Shown in pieces: positions 31,535 through 40,628 of a stretch of 59,809 bases of DNA. Origin of the DNA: an uncultured Clostridia bacterium (GTDB taxonomy: Bacteria > Bacillota > Clostridia > Christensenellales > DTU072); the NCBI GenBank assembly GCA_944349735.1, contig CALVNM010000003.1, positions 1-59,809 of the forward strand, written 5' to 3'. Position 1 is the stretch's first letter. Each line of letters begins with the position of its first letter. Made by a program: the position numbers and the translations under genes. The notes beneath the pieces are model-generated. The model did not search any database, was not told the DNA's origin, and was given only the letters and a program-made list of their open reading frames with translations.

Positions 31535-32775
31535 GATACGCGGCGATAGTGATAGGCGGCGGTCCCGCGGGTATGGCGGCGGCATGCGCCGTTAAGGAAA
31601 GCGAAAAGGTACTTATCATAGAGCGCGAAGCGCGGCTCGGAGGAATTCTCAAGCAATGCGTTCACGACGGATTCGGAGTGATACGTTTCGGCGAAAAGCT
31701 GTCGGGACCGGAATATGCGGACAGATTCATAGACGAGGTTTATTCCCGTAAAAACATAGACGTCAGGACGTTGACGTTCGTTACCGATATAGAAAAGCGC
31801 AACGGGTATTTCGTCGTGACCACCACGTCGGGCAAGGGAATAGTAAGTTACGAGGGAGAAAATCTCATACTTGCCAACGGCTGCAGGGAGCGTACGGCGC
31901 GGCAGGTGAATATACACGGCACGCGTCCCGCGGGGCTTATGACCGCCGGAACGGCGCAGAATCTCGTCAATCTCATGGGGATCATGCCCGCGAAAAGGTG
32001 CGTGATACTCGGATCGGGAGACATAGGTCTCATCATGGCGAGGAGGCTCACGCTCGAAGGCGCGGAAGTCGTGGGAGTGTACGAGGCTAAAGCTACTCCG
32101 AGCGGGCTTCAGCGCAATCTTCAGCAGTGCCTTTACGATTTCGGGATACCCGTCAGTCTCAAAAAAACGGTCACGCTCGTGCACGGGAGAGACAGAGTGG
32201 AAGGAGTTACTGTCTCCGACGTGGACGACGACATGCGCCCTATATCGGGTACAGAAGAATACATACCGTGCGACGCGCTGATAGTATCGGTCGGACTCAT
32301 TCCCGAGAATGAACTTGCCGAAAATCTCGGCGTTCCGATCGATCCGAGGACGAAGGGTCCCGTGGTGGACCAATATATGATGACTGCCGTGGACGGAGTA
32401 TATTCGGTCGGCAACGCTTTACACGTACACGATCTCGTTGACTATGTAAGCGAAGTCGCCGAGACCGCGGGAAAAGACGTAGGCAGACGTAAGTCGCGCG
32501 CGTCGATAGAGGTGACTCAGAAGGGGTTTGCATATCTCGTACCGCAGAGGATAGACGCCGCGAACGTAGAGAAAGAAACGACATTTTATTTCCGCGCTTC
32601 TCACGATACAGAGAGAGCCAAACTCACGGTAACGATCAACGGAAAAACCGCGGTAACGAAGAAGTATTCGATGCTGAAGCCGCCCGAAGCGGTGCGGGTG
32701 AAACTCGCTTTGCCCGTAAAAGCGGGAGACGACGTAAAATTCGTGCTGGAGGACGACGATGACGGAAACGTTTGA
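31531..32775 (+). CDS. NAD(P)/FAD-dependent (pyridine nucleotide-disulfide family) oxidoreductase
   Basis: AAIVIGGGPAGMAAA and VILGSGDIGLIMA double Rossmann motifs. ATGA overlap with the upstream gene. Confidence 0.8.
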   Translation: MRYAAIVIGGGPAGMAAACAVKESEKVLIIEREARLGGILKQCVHDGFGVIRFGEKLSGPEYADRFIDEVYSRKNIDVRTLTFVTDIEKRNGYFVVTTTSGKGIVSYEGENLILANGCRERTARQVNIHGTRPAGLMTAGTAQNLVNLMGIMPAKRCVILGSGDIGLIMARRLTLEGAEVVGVYEAKATPSGLQRNLQQCLYDFGIPVSLKKTVTLVHGRDRVEGVTVSDVDDDMRPISGTEEYIPCDALIVSVGLIPENELAENLGVPIDPRTKGPVVDQYMMTAVDGVYSVGNALHVHDLVDYVSEVAETAGKDVGRRKSRASIEVTQKGFAYLVPQRIDAANVEKETTFYFRASHDTERAKLTVTINGKTAVTKKYSMLKPPEAVRVKLALPVKAGDDVKFVLEDDDDGNV

Positions 32776-33133
32776 GATGATATGTATCGTATGCCCGCGC
32801 GGCTGCCGGCTCAAAGCGGAGAGGACTGCCGACGGTATCGCCGTAACCGGCAACAAGTGTCCGCGCGGAGCAAAATTCGCAGAGGAAGAGATCGTCGCGC
32901 CGAAAAGGAGCTTTACCGGTACGGTGCGCTCGGTGTTTCCCGAGATGCCCGTCGTTCCTGTGAGGACCGCGGGAGAAGTACCGAAGGATAAGGTAAAAGA
33001 GGTTGCGCTTCTTACCCGCGACGTTCTTCTTACGAGGGCGTACGGCGTGGGCGAAGTCGCCGTCGATAACGTATGCGGTACGGGAGTAGATCTCATCGTT
33101 ACCGCCGACATGCGTAAAGTGATCGGCAGTTAG
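32759..33133 (+). CDS. DUF1667 domain-containing protein
   Basis: 124 aa. CIVCPRGCRL...GNKCPRG Cys pattern typical of DUF1667. It sits as the third gene of the GlpA-like trio. Confidence 0.8.
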   Translation: MTETFEMICIVCPRGCRLKAERTADGIAVTGNKCPRGAKFAEEEIVAPKRSFTGTVRSVFPEMPVVPVRTAGEVPKDKVKEVALLTRDVLLTRAYGVGEVAVDNVCGTGVDLIVTADMRKVIGS

Positions 33134-33148
33134 CCGAACGGAGGAAGT

Positions 33149-34693
33149 ATGATGCCGATAGTACTCGCATTGGATTGCGGCACACAGTCTATACGGGCGA
33201 TGTTGTTCGACGCGGACGGCAATCTCGTCGACAAGGTAAAGGAAACGTATGAACCGTACTTCTCCGTCAAAGAGGGTTACTGCGAGCAGTACGTCGAACT
33301 TTACTGGGAAAAACTCTGTTCCGCCACCCGCAGGCTGAAAGCCAATAACAGAGGACTTTGGGCTGCCGTAAAAGCGGTTACGGTCACCACAATGCGCGAC
33401 GTAGGTATATGCGTAGATAAAGAGATGAAGCCTTTGAGACCTGCGGTGCTGTGGCTCGACAGAAGAGAAGCGGTCGTAAATTACTACAGCCTTCCGCTGA
33501 AATCGAGACTTGCTTTCGGCGTCGCGGGAATGAAGGAAACGGTCGAAAAAACGGTTGCGGAATGCAAGTGTCTCTGGATTCAGCAGAACGAACCCGAGAT
33601 CTGGAAAAACACCTATAAGTATCTTCAGTATTCCACTTATCTTACATACAGACTGTGCGGAGAGACGGTAGATTCCGTGGCTTCGATGATCGGGCATATA
33701 CCCTTCGACTACAAACACAAGAGGTGGATGGGAGAAAAGCATATACAGAAGCCGTGCTTCAGAGATTTCCCGAGCGACAAGCTGTTTCCGCTCGTGGAAC
33801 CGGGTACGGTGATGGGAAAGATCACCGCCGAATGCGCGCACGAGACCGGTATACCCGAGGGACTGCCGCTCATTGCTTCGGGTTCGGACAAAGGCTGCGA
33901 GACGCTCGGCACGGGAGCGGTCTACCGCGACACGGCGGCGATAAGCTTCGGAACGACCGCCACGATACAGCTTACGACGCGTAAGTATGTCGAACCCGAA
34001 AAATTCCTGCCCGCATATCCTGCGGTATATCCCGAGATGTACAATCCCGAGACCATAGTTTACAGGGGCTACTGGATGCTCACCTGGTTCGTCAACGAAT
34101 TCGTGAAGAGAGCGGGCGGCTCGACGAACGCGGAACACGACTTCGACAAGAAGTTGCCCGCGGTGCCTCCGGGCTGCGAAGGGCTTATCGTGGAGCCGTA
34201 CTGGTCTCCGTCCTTAAAGCGCACCGAAGCGTGCGGAGCGATGCTCGGATTCACCGAGAAACACACGATTTATCATATTTATCGCGCTATAATAGAAGGA
34301 GTCAATTTCGCGCTCATAGAAGGGCTTAAAGGCATGGAGAAAAGAGCGCATGCGCGCGTGATGAAACTCACGGTCTCGGGCGGCGGCGCGCAGTCCGACG
34401 AAGTGTGTCAGATAGCGGCGGACATGTTCGGACTGCCCGTTCAGCGCGTGCAGACGTACGAGACGAGCGGCCTGGGAGCGGCGATATGCGCGTTCGTGGG
34501 ACTCGGCGTCTATTCCGATTACGACGAAGCCATCCGCAAAATGGTGAAGGTGACGAGGGTCTTCAAGCCGGACAGGAACAATCACGCCAAATATGCCGTG
34601 TTATACAGGAAAGTTTACGAGCCTATTTACAGAAGGATAAAACCTGTCAATAAAACGATAAAAAAACTTAAAAAAGGAGATATTTATGTCTAA
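33149..34693 (+). CDS. FGGY-family carbohydrate kinase (glycerol/xylulose-kinase-like)
   Basis: N-terminal LALDCGTQSIRAMLFD and C-terminal VSGGGAQSDEVCQIAADMFG FGGY signatures. Confidence 0.85.
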   Translation: MMPIVLALDCGTQSIRAMLFDADGNLVDKVKETYEPYFSVKEGYCEQYVELYWEKLCSATRRLKANNRGLWAAVKAVTVTTMRDVGICVDKEMKPLRPAVLWLDRREAVVNYYSLPLKSRLAFGVAGMKETVEKTVAECKCLWIQQNEPEIWKNTYKYLQYSTYLTYRLCGETVDSVASMIGHIPFDYKHKRWMGEKHIQKPCFRDFPSDKLFPLVEPGTVMGKITAECAHETGIPEGLPLIASGSDKGCETLGTGAVYRDTAAISFGTTATIQLTTRKYVEPEKFLPAYPAVYPEMYNPETIVYRGYWMLTWFVNEFVKRAGGSTNAEHDFDKKLPAVPPGCEGLIVEPYWSPSLKRTEACGAMLGFTEKHTIYHIYRAIIEGVNFALIEGLKGMEKRAHARVMKLTVSGGGAQSDEVCQIAADMFGLPVQRVQTYETSGLGAAICAFVGLGVYSDYDEAIRKMVKVTRVFKPDRNNHAKYAVLYRKVYEPIYRRIKPVNKTIKKLKKGDIYV

Positions 34694-36461
34694 ACCCTAC
34701 AAAGGCTTCCGTCCTCCGTGGATAGAGGAACGCGCACCCGAAGGTTCGTACAGAGAGATCTTCAAATGGGGCGATCACACCGAAACGAAGATACCCAAGG
34801 AATCGCTGTACAAGATGATGAAGGAGATCTTCAAGATGACCGACGACGACTTCAAAGAGCCGCGCGAGACCGGTTACGACAAAGTATCTTACGACGTGCC
34901 GGTGGGTCTGAAGGAATACCAACTCGAAGCTCTGAGAGCCATCGTGGGCGAGAAGAACGTGAGAACGGACGATTACGCGAGGCTGTCCGTGGCGTACGGA
35001 AAGACGATGCACGACCTCATGCGTTTACGCAAGAAAGTCATCGAGAATATCCCCGACGTCGTGCTGTATCCCGAGAACAAGGAGCAGATAGAGAAGATAG
35101 TGGCATACGCGAGCGCTGAGAAGATACCGCTGTACGTCTACGGCGGCGGCTCGTCCGTCACGCGCGGCGTGGAGTGCATGAAAGGGGGTATCTCCCTCGA
35201 CATGCGCCTCAACTTCAACAAGGTCATCGCCTTCAACGAGATCAACCAGACCATAACCGTGGAAGCGGGCATGAGCGGTCCTCAGCTCGAAGCGCACCTC
35301 AATAACGCCGTGGAAGAATTCGGAGCGAAGCGCGCTTACACCTGCGGACATTTCCCTCAATCGTTCGAGTACAGCTCGGTAGGCGGCTGGACGGTAACGC
35401 GCGGCGCGGGACAGAATTCCACCTATTACGGGAAGATAGAGCATATCGTGCTGGGGCAGGAATACGCCACGCCGATAGGCATAATCAAGACGGACGACTA
35501 CGCCGCCAAGGCGTGCGGACCGGACATCAATCAGATAATGATGGGTTCGGAAGGGGCTTTCGGAGTGCTTACCCACGTTACCCTCCGCTTCTTCCGCTAT
35601 ATGCCGAAAAACAGAGTCAAGTTCAGCTACCTTTTCAAGAGCTGGGCTGACGGTCAGGCGGCGGCGAGAGAGATAATGCAAGGGGAATTCGGAATGCCCT
35701 CGGTATTCAGGCTCTCCGACCCCGAGGAAACCGAACTCATGCTCCGTCTGTACGGAGTGGACGAGATCCCGGGCGCGCTCAAGATATTCAACGCTCTGGG
35801 CTTCCCGCAGTTCGACATAGCCAAATCGCTCGACGGCGAAGTCAACGGAGAGGGCAAATGCCTCTTCCTCGGCTGGTCGGAAGGCGAGAAGGGCTTTGCG
35901 CGCAATCAGGCGAGGCAGGTACGCAAGATATGTACGGCATACGGCGCGCTTCCTTTAGGCTCCTTCCCCGTCAAGGGCTGGGAGAAGGGAAGGTTCAAGG
36001 ATCCCTACCTGAGGGACGCGATGCAGGACTTCGGTATTATGACCGACACTCTCGAATGCACCGTCAACTGGGACAATATGGACAAGGTGCATAAATACGT
36101 GCGCGCATATTGCAAGTCCCGACCCAATACGATATGCACGACGCACCTTTCGCACGCGTATCCGCAGGGCGCGAACCTCTACTTTATATTCATAACCAAG
36201 ATGAGCGAGCTGGACGACTATCTTCAGTATCACCGCGGGATCCTCGATCACATCCAGGCTTCGGGCGCCGCCATCAGCCATCACCACGGCATCGGCAAGA
36301 TGTTCGCGCCGTGGCTCGAAGGCTTCCTCGGCAGCAATCAGATGGACATACTGAGGTGTCTCAAGAACCACTTCGACCCCGACGACGTGATGAATCCCGG
36401 CGGGACGATCGCCGTCGATCTCGACGAGTCCGAGAAGCGTTATCTGCGCGAGAAATGGTAA
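34686..36461 (+). CDS. FAD-linked (PCMH-type) oxidase, alkyl-DHAP-synthase/GlcD-like
   Basis: 591 aa. FAD-binding region PLYVYGGGSSVTRG. N-terminal FKWGD segment resembles the AGPS N-terminal region. C-terminal HHHGIG. Confidence 0.7.
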   Translation: MSKPYKGFRPPWIEERAPEGSYREIFKWGDHTETKIPKESLYKMMKEIFKMTDDDFKEPRETGYDKVSYDVPVGLKEYQLEALRAIVGEKNVRTDDYARLSVAYGKTMHDLMRLRKKVIENIPDVVLYPENKEQIEKIVAYASAEKIPLYVYGGGSSVTRGVECMKGGISLDMRLNFNKVIAFNEINQTITVEAGMSGPQLEAHLNNAVEEFGAKRAYTCGHFPQSFEYSSVGGWTVTRGAGQNSTYYGKIEHIVLGQEYATPIGIIKTDDYAAKACGPDINQIMMGSEGAFGVLTHVTLRFFRYMPKNRVKFSYLFKSWADGQAAAREIMQGEFGMPSVFRLSDPEETELMLRLYGVDEIPGALKIFNALGFPQFDIAKSLDGEVNGEGKCLFLGWSEGEKGFARNQARQVRKICTAYGALPLGSFPVKGWEKGRFKDPYLRDAMQDFGIMTDTLECTVNWDNMDKVHKYVRAYCKSRPNTICTTHLSHAYPQGANLYFIFITKMSELDDYLQYHRGILDHIQASGAAISHHHGIGKMFAPWLEGFLGSNQMDILRCLKNHFDPDDVMNPGGTIAVDLDESEKRYLREKW

Positions 36462-36849
36462 AACGCTTTTTGAAAAATGCTTTAACGGCGTTCCTAAAAT
36501 TCGTTTTCGGGACGCCGTTTTCTTGTTTACGCATAAAAGGCTTTTTGATAGCGGCGACTGTTTTCGCGGAGGGAATATCCGCAAGACGCAGTACTTCTAT
36601 CCATAGCGCGGAAGCCGCGACGTATACCGCGACATTCGGGAAAGTTATCGCGCCGCCGAAAAGTCCGTCGGTAGCGGCGAGGAATATCGCCCCCGACGCG
36701 AGACCGACAGCGAGGTCCGTGAATAACCTTACGGCTTTGGGCGCGCCCTCTGCGAGAGCGCACATAAAGCGGAACGCAGCCGCGAAAAGAAGCCCGCCCG
36801 TCGTGAAATACACTAGGGCGGCTATTTCCGGCCAAACGCCGTGTATCAT
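36361..36849 (-). CDS. yabQ: Spore cortex biosynthesis protein YabQ-like membrane protein
   Basis: Hydrophobic N-terminal ~95 aa immediately after yabP (ATGA-type overlap). The R-rich tail is encoded antisense to the 3' end of the convergent gene. Confidence 0.55.
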   Translation of the reverse strand: MIHGVWPEIAALVYFTTGGLLFAAAFRFMCALAEGAPKAVRLFTDLAVGLASGAIFLAATDGLFGGAITFPNVAVYVAASALWIEVLRLADIPSAKTVAAIKKPFMRKQENGVPKTNFRNAVKAFFKKRFTISRADNASRTRRDRRRSSRRDSSRRRGRSGS

Positions 36850-37109
36850 TACTTGAGGAGACGTTTGAGGAAGCTTCCGCCGCCTCCGCCGCCGTATTGG
36901 AGGGAGTGCAGTTCGCCGCTCGCTTTCATGACGCCCGCGGAGACGTCGATGTCCGTGATCTTGAGGTCGGCTCCGCGTATCGTCATGCCGGTTCCCGCTA
37001 TTTCCGCGAGTATCTCCCGATCGGAAAATTCCCTTACGTTGAGTACTCCCGTCGCCGTTATTTCGTTGTTTTCGTATCGGAAAGAATGTTTCAGCTGTTC
37101 TTTTTCCAT
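36849..37109 (-). CDS. yabP: Sporulation protein YabP
   Basis: 86 aa. Pattern ...TATGVLNVREFSDREILAEIAGTGMTIRGADLKITDIDVSAG... matches the YabP family architecture. Confidence 0.8.
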   Translation of the reverse strand: MEKEQLKHSFRYENNEITATGVLNVREFSDREILAEIAGTGMTIRGADLKITDIDVSAGVMKASGELHSLQYGGGGGGSFLKRLLK

Positions 37110-37177
37110 ATAATATCCTCCTTAAAATATATGTTCCGCGTTGACGGATATGCAGTTAACGGGTATAATGATTCCGT

Positions 37178-38485
37178 ATGAAAAGATCGGTAGAACAATC
37201 GGGTAAGTGGTACAGGATGGACAACTCGGCGGATATTTATCCGATGAGCAGTACTCTTACGACGATGAGCATATTCCGTCTGTCCGCCGAAATGGAAGAG
37301 TACGTCGACGGCGACAATCTCGAGGCAGCCGTAGCCGCCGTACTCAAACGTTTCCCGACCTTCGCCGTAACTTTGCGCAGAGGCTTTTTCAGGTATTATT
37401 TCGACTCCAACGAACTTCCGCCAGTAGTAAGACAGGATAACGGTATTCTTTTCGACAAGATCGATTCCGTGAGGAACAACCGTTATCTTTTCCGCGTGCA
37501 GTATTACAAGAAGCGCATCTCGGTGGATTTTTTCCACGGGCTGTGCGACGCGAGCGGCGCGATGGAATTCATGAGATCGCTCGTATACCGCTATCTCGAC
37601 GAATGCGGCAAGACGCTCCCCGATCACGGCGACGTCAAGATAGAAGGGGAGCCGGTACGCGAAACGGAACTCGAGGACAGCATTTCCAAGTATTACACTC
37701 AATACAGTATTTTCGGCGGCGTGGTAGGCAAAATGGCGGGTAAAAACTGCTTCGGTATCCGCGCAAGGAAATTCCGCTCCATAGGCTACGGACTCATACA
37801 CGGATACGTATCGCAGGAGGAACTTCATTCGCTTGCGCGGAGCATGGATTGCACCGTCACGGTGCTTATCGCGGCGATAGCCCTGCTGAGTATCTGCAAA
37901 GTTTACTGCAAGCGCGACACGAGCCGCGATCTCGTCGCCATGATACCCGTCAACCTCCGTAAAATATTCCCCTCGGAAACGCTTCTCAATTTCACCACGC
38001 TCACGAAGTGCGCCGTGAATCCCGCAAGCACCCCGAGAGAGCTTAAGTATTACGTCAGGCTTTGTAAAGCGCAGCTTGCCGAGAGTTTGTCCGCAAGACG
38101 CGAACTCGCCGAAAAGCTCTCCCTTTCCGCCTTCTATTCGACCAACAAGCTGATGAAGATACTTCCGGTATGGCTCAAGGAATTTTTCATCAAATTCGGC
38201 AAAGCCGTAACCACTCAGACCAAACAGACGCTCATTATATCTAATCTCGGCGTGGTGAAGATGCCCGAAGGCATGGAAAAATTCCTCAGGAGGTTCACTT
38301 TCAACATAAACATAAGCAAGAAAGTCCCCGTGAATATAGGCGTAGTGAGTTATAACGGCGTCACGGCTATAAGCTTTACGCGCATGCTCGTGTCGACGGA
38401 ACTGGAGAGGGAGTTTTTCACCACGCTTACGGACGCGGGACTGAAAGTGGAGATCTCCGGCAACCTGAGAGAGCGCGCGAACTGA
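37178..38485 (+). CDS. Condensation/alcohol-acetyltransferase-like acyltransferase (HxxxD superfamily)
   Basis: FFHGLCDASGAMEF resembles the HHxxxDG catalytic motif. 435 aa. The start is uncertain (no clear SD). Confidence 0.5.
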   Translation: MKRSVEQSGKWYRMDNSADIYPMSSTLTTMSIFRLSAEMEEYVDGDNLEAAVAAVLKRFPTFAVTLRRGFFRYYFDSNELPPVVRQDNGILFDKIDSVRNNRYLFRVQYYKKRISVDFFHGLCDASGAMEFMRSLVYRYLDECGKTLPDHGDVKIEGEPVRETELEDSISKYYTQYSIFGGVVGKMAGKNCFGIRARKFRSIGYGLIHGYVSQEELHSLARSMDCTVTVLIAAIALLSICKVYCKRDTSRDLVAMIPVNLRKIFPSETLLNFTTLTKCAVNPASTPRELKYYVRLCKAQLAESLSARRELAEKLSLSAFYSTNKLMKILPVWLKEFFIKFGKAVTTQTKQTLIISNLGVVKMPEGMEKFLRRFTFNINISKKVPVNIGVVSYNGVTAISFTRMLVSTELEREFFTTLTDAGLKVEISGNLRERAN

Positions 38486-38511
38486 TAAGGCGATCGCAAA
38501 GGCTGTAAGCG

Positions 38512-38536
38512 CCGCTCCGTAAGGGGCGGTTTTTTA
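38512..38536 (+). terminator. Rho-independent terminator after the acyltransferase gene
   Basis: CCGCTCC gtaa GGGGCGG (one G-U pair) followed by TTTTTTATT. Confidence 0.6.
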
Positions 38537-38720
38537 TTCGGGTATTTCTTGCGTCTCGGCGGAACGGATTCTCGCGTGTGCGCTACGTACGCGAGCGCGC
38601 GCGTTCTTAATATATACTAATTACTAAAATTTACTATACAATATTTTATTTATGTGATATTATATCCGTATGCGGGGTATCCTTTAGTGACGCCCGGCAA
38701 AAAGAAAGAGGAGCATTTAT

Positions 38721-40628
38721 ATGGCCGAAAAAATAAATCACAGTTACGGCGAATCCGATATTCAGGTCCTCGAAGGACTCGAACCCGTCCGTAAGAGACC
38801 GGGCATGTATATCGGCACCACCGACGTAAAAGGTCTGCATCATCTCGTGACCGAAGTCGTCGACAACTCGATAGACGAAGCGCTTGCGGGATATTGCACG
38901 CATATCGAAGTCACCATTCTTCCCGACGGCGCCTGCCGCGTGAGAGACAACGGAAGAGGTATCCCTACCGGTATCATTCCCAAGGAAGGCAAATCCGCCG
39001 TCGAGGTAGTGCTCACCAAGCTTCACGCGGGCGGTAAATTCGGCGCGGGCGGCTACAAGATCTCCGGAGGACTCCACGGCGTGGGCGTATCCTGCGTCAA
39101 CGCGTTGAGCGAATGGCTCGAAGTGGTCGTCTATCAGAACGGCAAGATCCATAAACAGGTCTTTAACCGCGGCGTGCCGCAGACCGATCTCAAAGTGATA
39201 GGCGACACCGACGAGACGGGTACGGAGGTCACGTTCTTCCCCGACGACGAGATATTCGATTCGATAGTCTTCCAGTACGACATGATGCGTCTCCGCTTGA
39301 GAGAGCTTGCCTATCTCAACAAGGGACTGCGCATTTCGATAGAGGACAAGCGCGAAGGACAGGAGCGTAAGGAAGTATTCTGCTACGAGGGCGGTATCGT
39401 GCATTTCGTCGAACAGATGAACGTCGGCAAAGAAGTGGTATTCCCCGAGATATTCTATATCGAGGAGACCTCGGGAGACAACATCGTCGAAATAGCGATG
39501 CAGTACAACACCGGTTACGACGAGAAGATCTACACCTACGCCAACAACATCAACACCGAGGAAGGCGGCATGCACCTCGAGGGCTTCAAGGCGGCGCTAA
39601 CGAAGGTATTGAACGATTACGGTCAGTCCAGCAAGACCTTGAAGGAGAACGAGAAGCTTTCGGGCGACGACGTGCGTGAGGGTCTTACCTGCGTATTGAG
39701 CGTCAAGCTTCCCGAACCGCAATTCGAAGGTCAGACCAAGACCAAGCTCGGCAACTCCGAGATACGTACCCTCGTAAACCGCGTGCTTCAGACCAAGCTC
39801 GGCGAATATCTCGAGGAGAACCCCAAGGTCGCCAAGGAGCTTATCACGAAAGCCATAACCGCACAACGCGCGAGAGAGGCTGCGCGTAAGGCGCGCGAGA
39901 GCTTCCGCAAGGGCGTTATGGAAGGCACTTCGCTTCCCGGAAAGCTTGCGGACTGCTCCGACACCAATCCCGAGAACTGCGAAATATTCCTCGTGGAGGG
40001 CGATTCGGCAGGCGGCACCGCCATTAACGGCAGAGACCGTCAGATACAGGCGATACTTCCTCTGCGCGGTAAGATACTCAACGTCGAGAAAGCAAGACTT
40101 CACCGCATACTCGACAACGAGGAGATCAAGGCGATGATCAAGGCGTTCGGCTGCGGCTACAAGGACGACTTCGACATCACCAAGCGCCGTTACGACAGGA
40201 TCATCTGCATGACGGATGCCGACGTCGACGGCAGCCATATAAGGATATTGCTTCTTACGTTCTTCTACCGCTTCATGCGCCCGCTCGTCGAAGGCGGACA
40301 CGTCTATATTGCGCTTCCGCCCCTTTACAAAGTGACGAAAGGCAAGGACGAGAAATATTTCTACTCCGATATCGAACTCAAGGAATTCCAGGAAGCCAAC
40401 GGCGGCGCGCGTTACGATCTCCAGCGTTATAAAGGCTTGGGCGAGATGAACGCCGTACAGCTTTTCGAGACGACTATGGACCCCGAGACGCGTACTCTTC
40501 TCAGAGTGACCGTCGACGACGCCGAAGCCGCAGATCAGATATTCAGCCTGCTCATGGGCGAGAACCCCGAACTCAGACGGGCGTTCATCGAGCAGAACGC
40601 GACACTTGTAAAGGAGCTTGACGTATAA
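38721..40628 (+). CDS. gyrB: DNA gyrase subunit B
   Basis: 635 aa. GHKL ATPase motifs ([14 protein letters not shown]), Toprim [17 protein letters not shown]. Confidence 0.97.
   Translation: MAEKINHSYGESDIQVLEGLEPVRKRPGMYIGTTDVKGLHHLVTEVVDNSIDEALAGYCTHIEVTILPDGACRVRDNGRGIPTGIIPKEGKSAVEVVLTKLHAGGKFGAGGYKISGGLHGVGVSCVNALSEWLEVVVYQNGKIHKQVFNRGVPQTDLKVIGDTDETGTEVTFFPDDEIFDSIVFQYDMMRLRLRELAYLNKGLRISIEDKREGQERKEVFCYEGGIVHFVEQMNVGKEVVFPEIFYIEETSGDNIVEIAMQYNTGYDEKIYTYANNINTEEGGMHLEGFKAALTKVLNDYGQSSKTLKENEKLSGDDVREGLTCVLSVKLPEPQFEGQTKTKLGNSEIRTLVNRVLQTKLGEYLEENPKVAKELITKAITAQRAREAARKARESFRKGVMEGTSLPGKLADCSDTNPENCEIFLVEGDSAGGTAINGRDRQIQAILPLRGKILNVEKARLHRILDNEEIKAMIKAFGCGYKDDFDITKRRYDRIICMTDADVDGSHIRILLLTFFYRFMRPLVEGGHVYIALPPLYKVTKGKDEKYFYSDIELKEFQEANGGARYDLQRYKGLGEMNAVQLFETTMDPETRTLLRVTVDDAEAADQIFSLLMGENPELRRAFIEQNATLVKELDV

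Noticed and set aside
37091-37828. The 245-aa minus-strand ORF overlapping the start of the acyltransferase gene.
   Set aside because: It is antisense to a plus-strand ORF that has an HxxxD-type motif and coherent hydrophobic/charged periodicity. Its own translation has no motifs and would collide with yabP.
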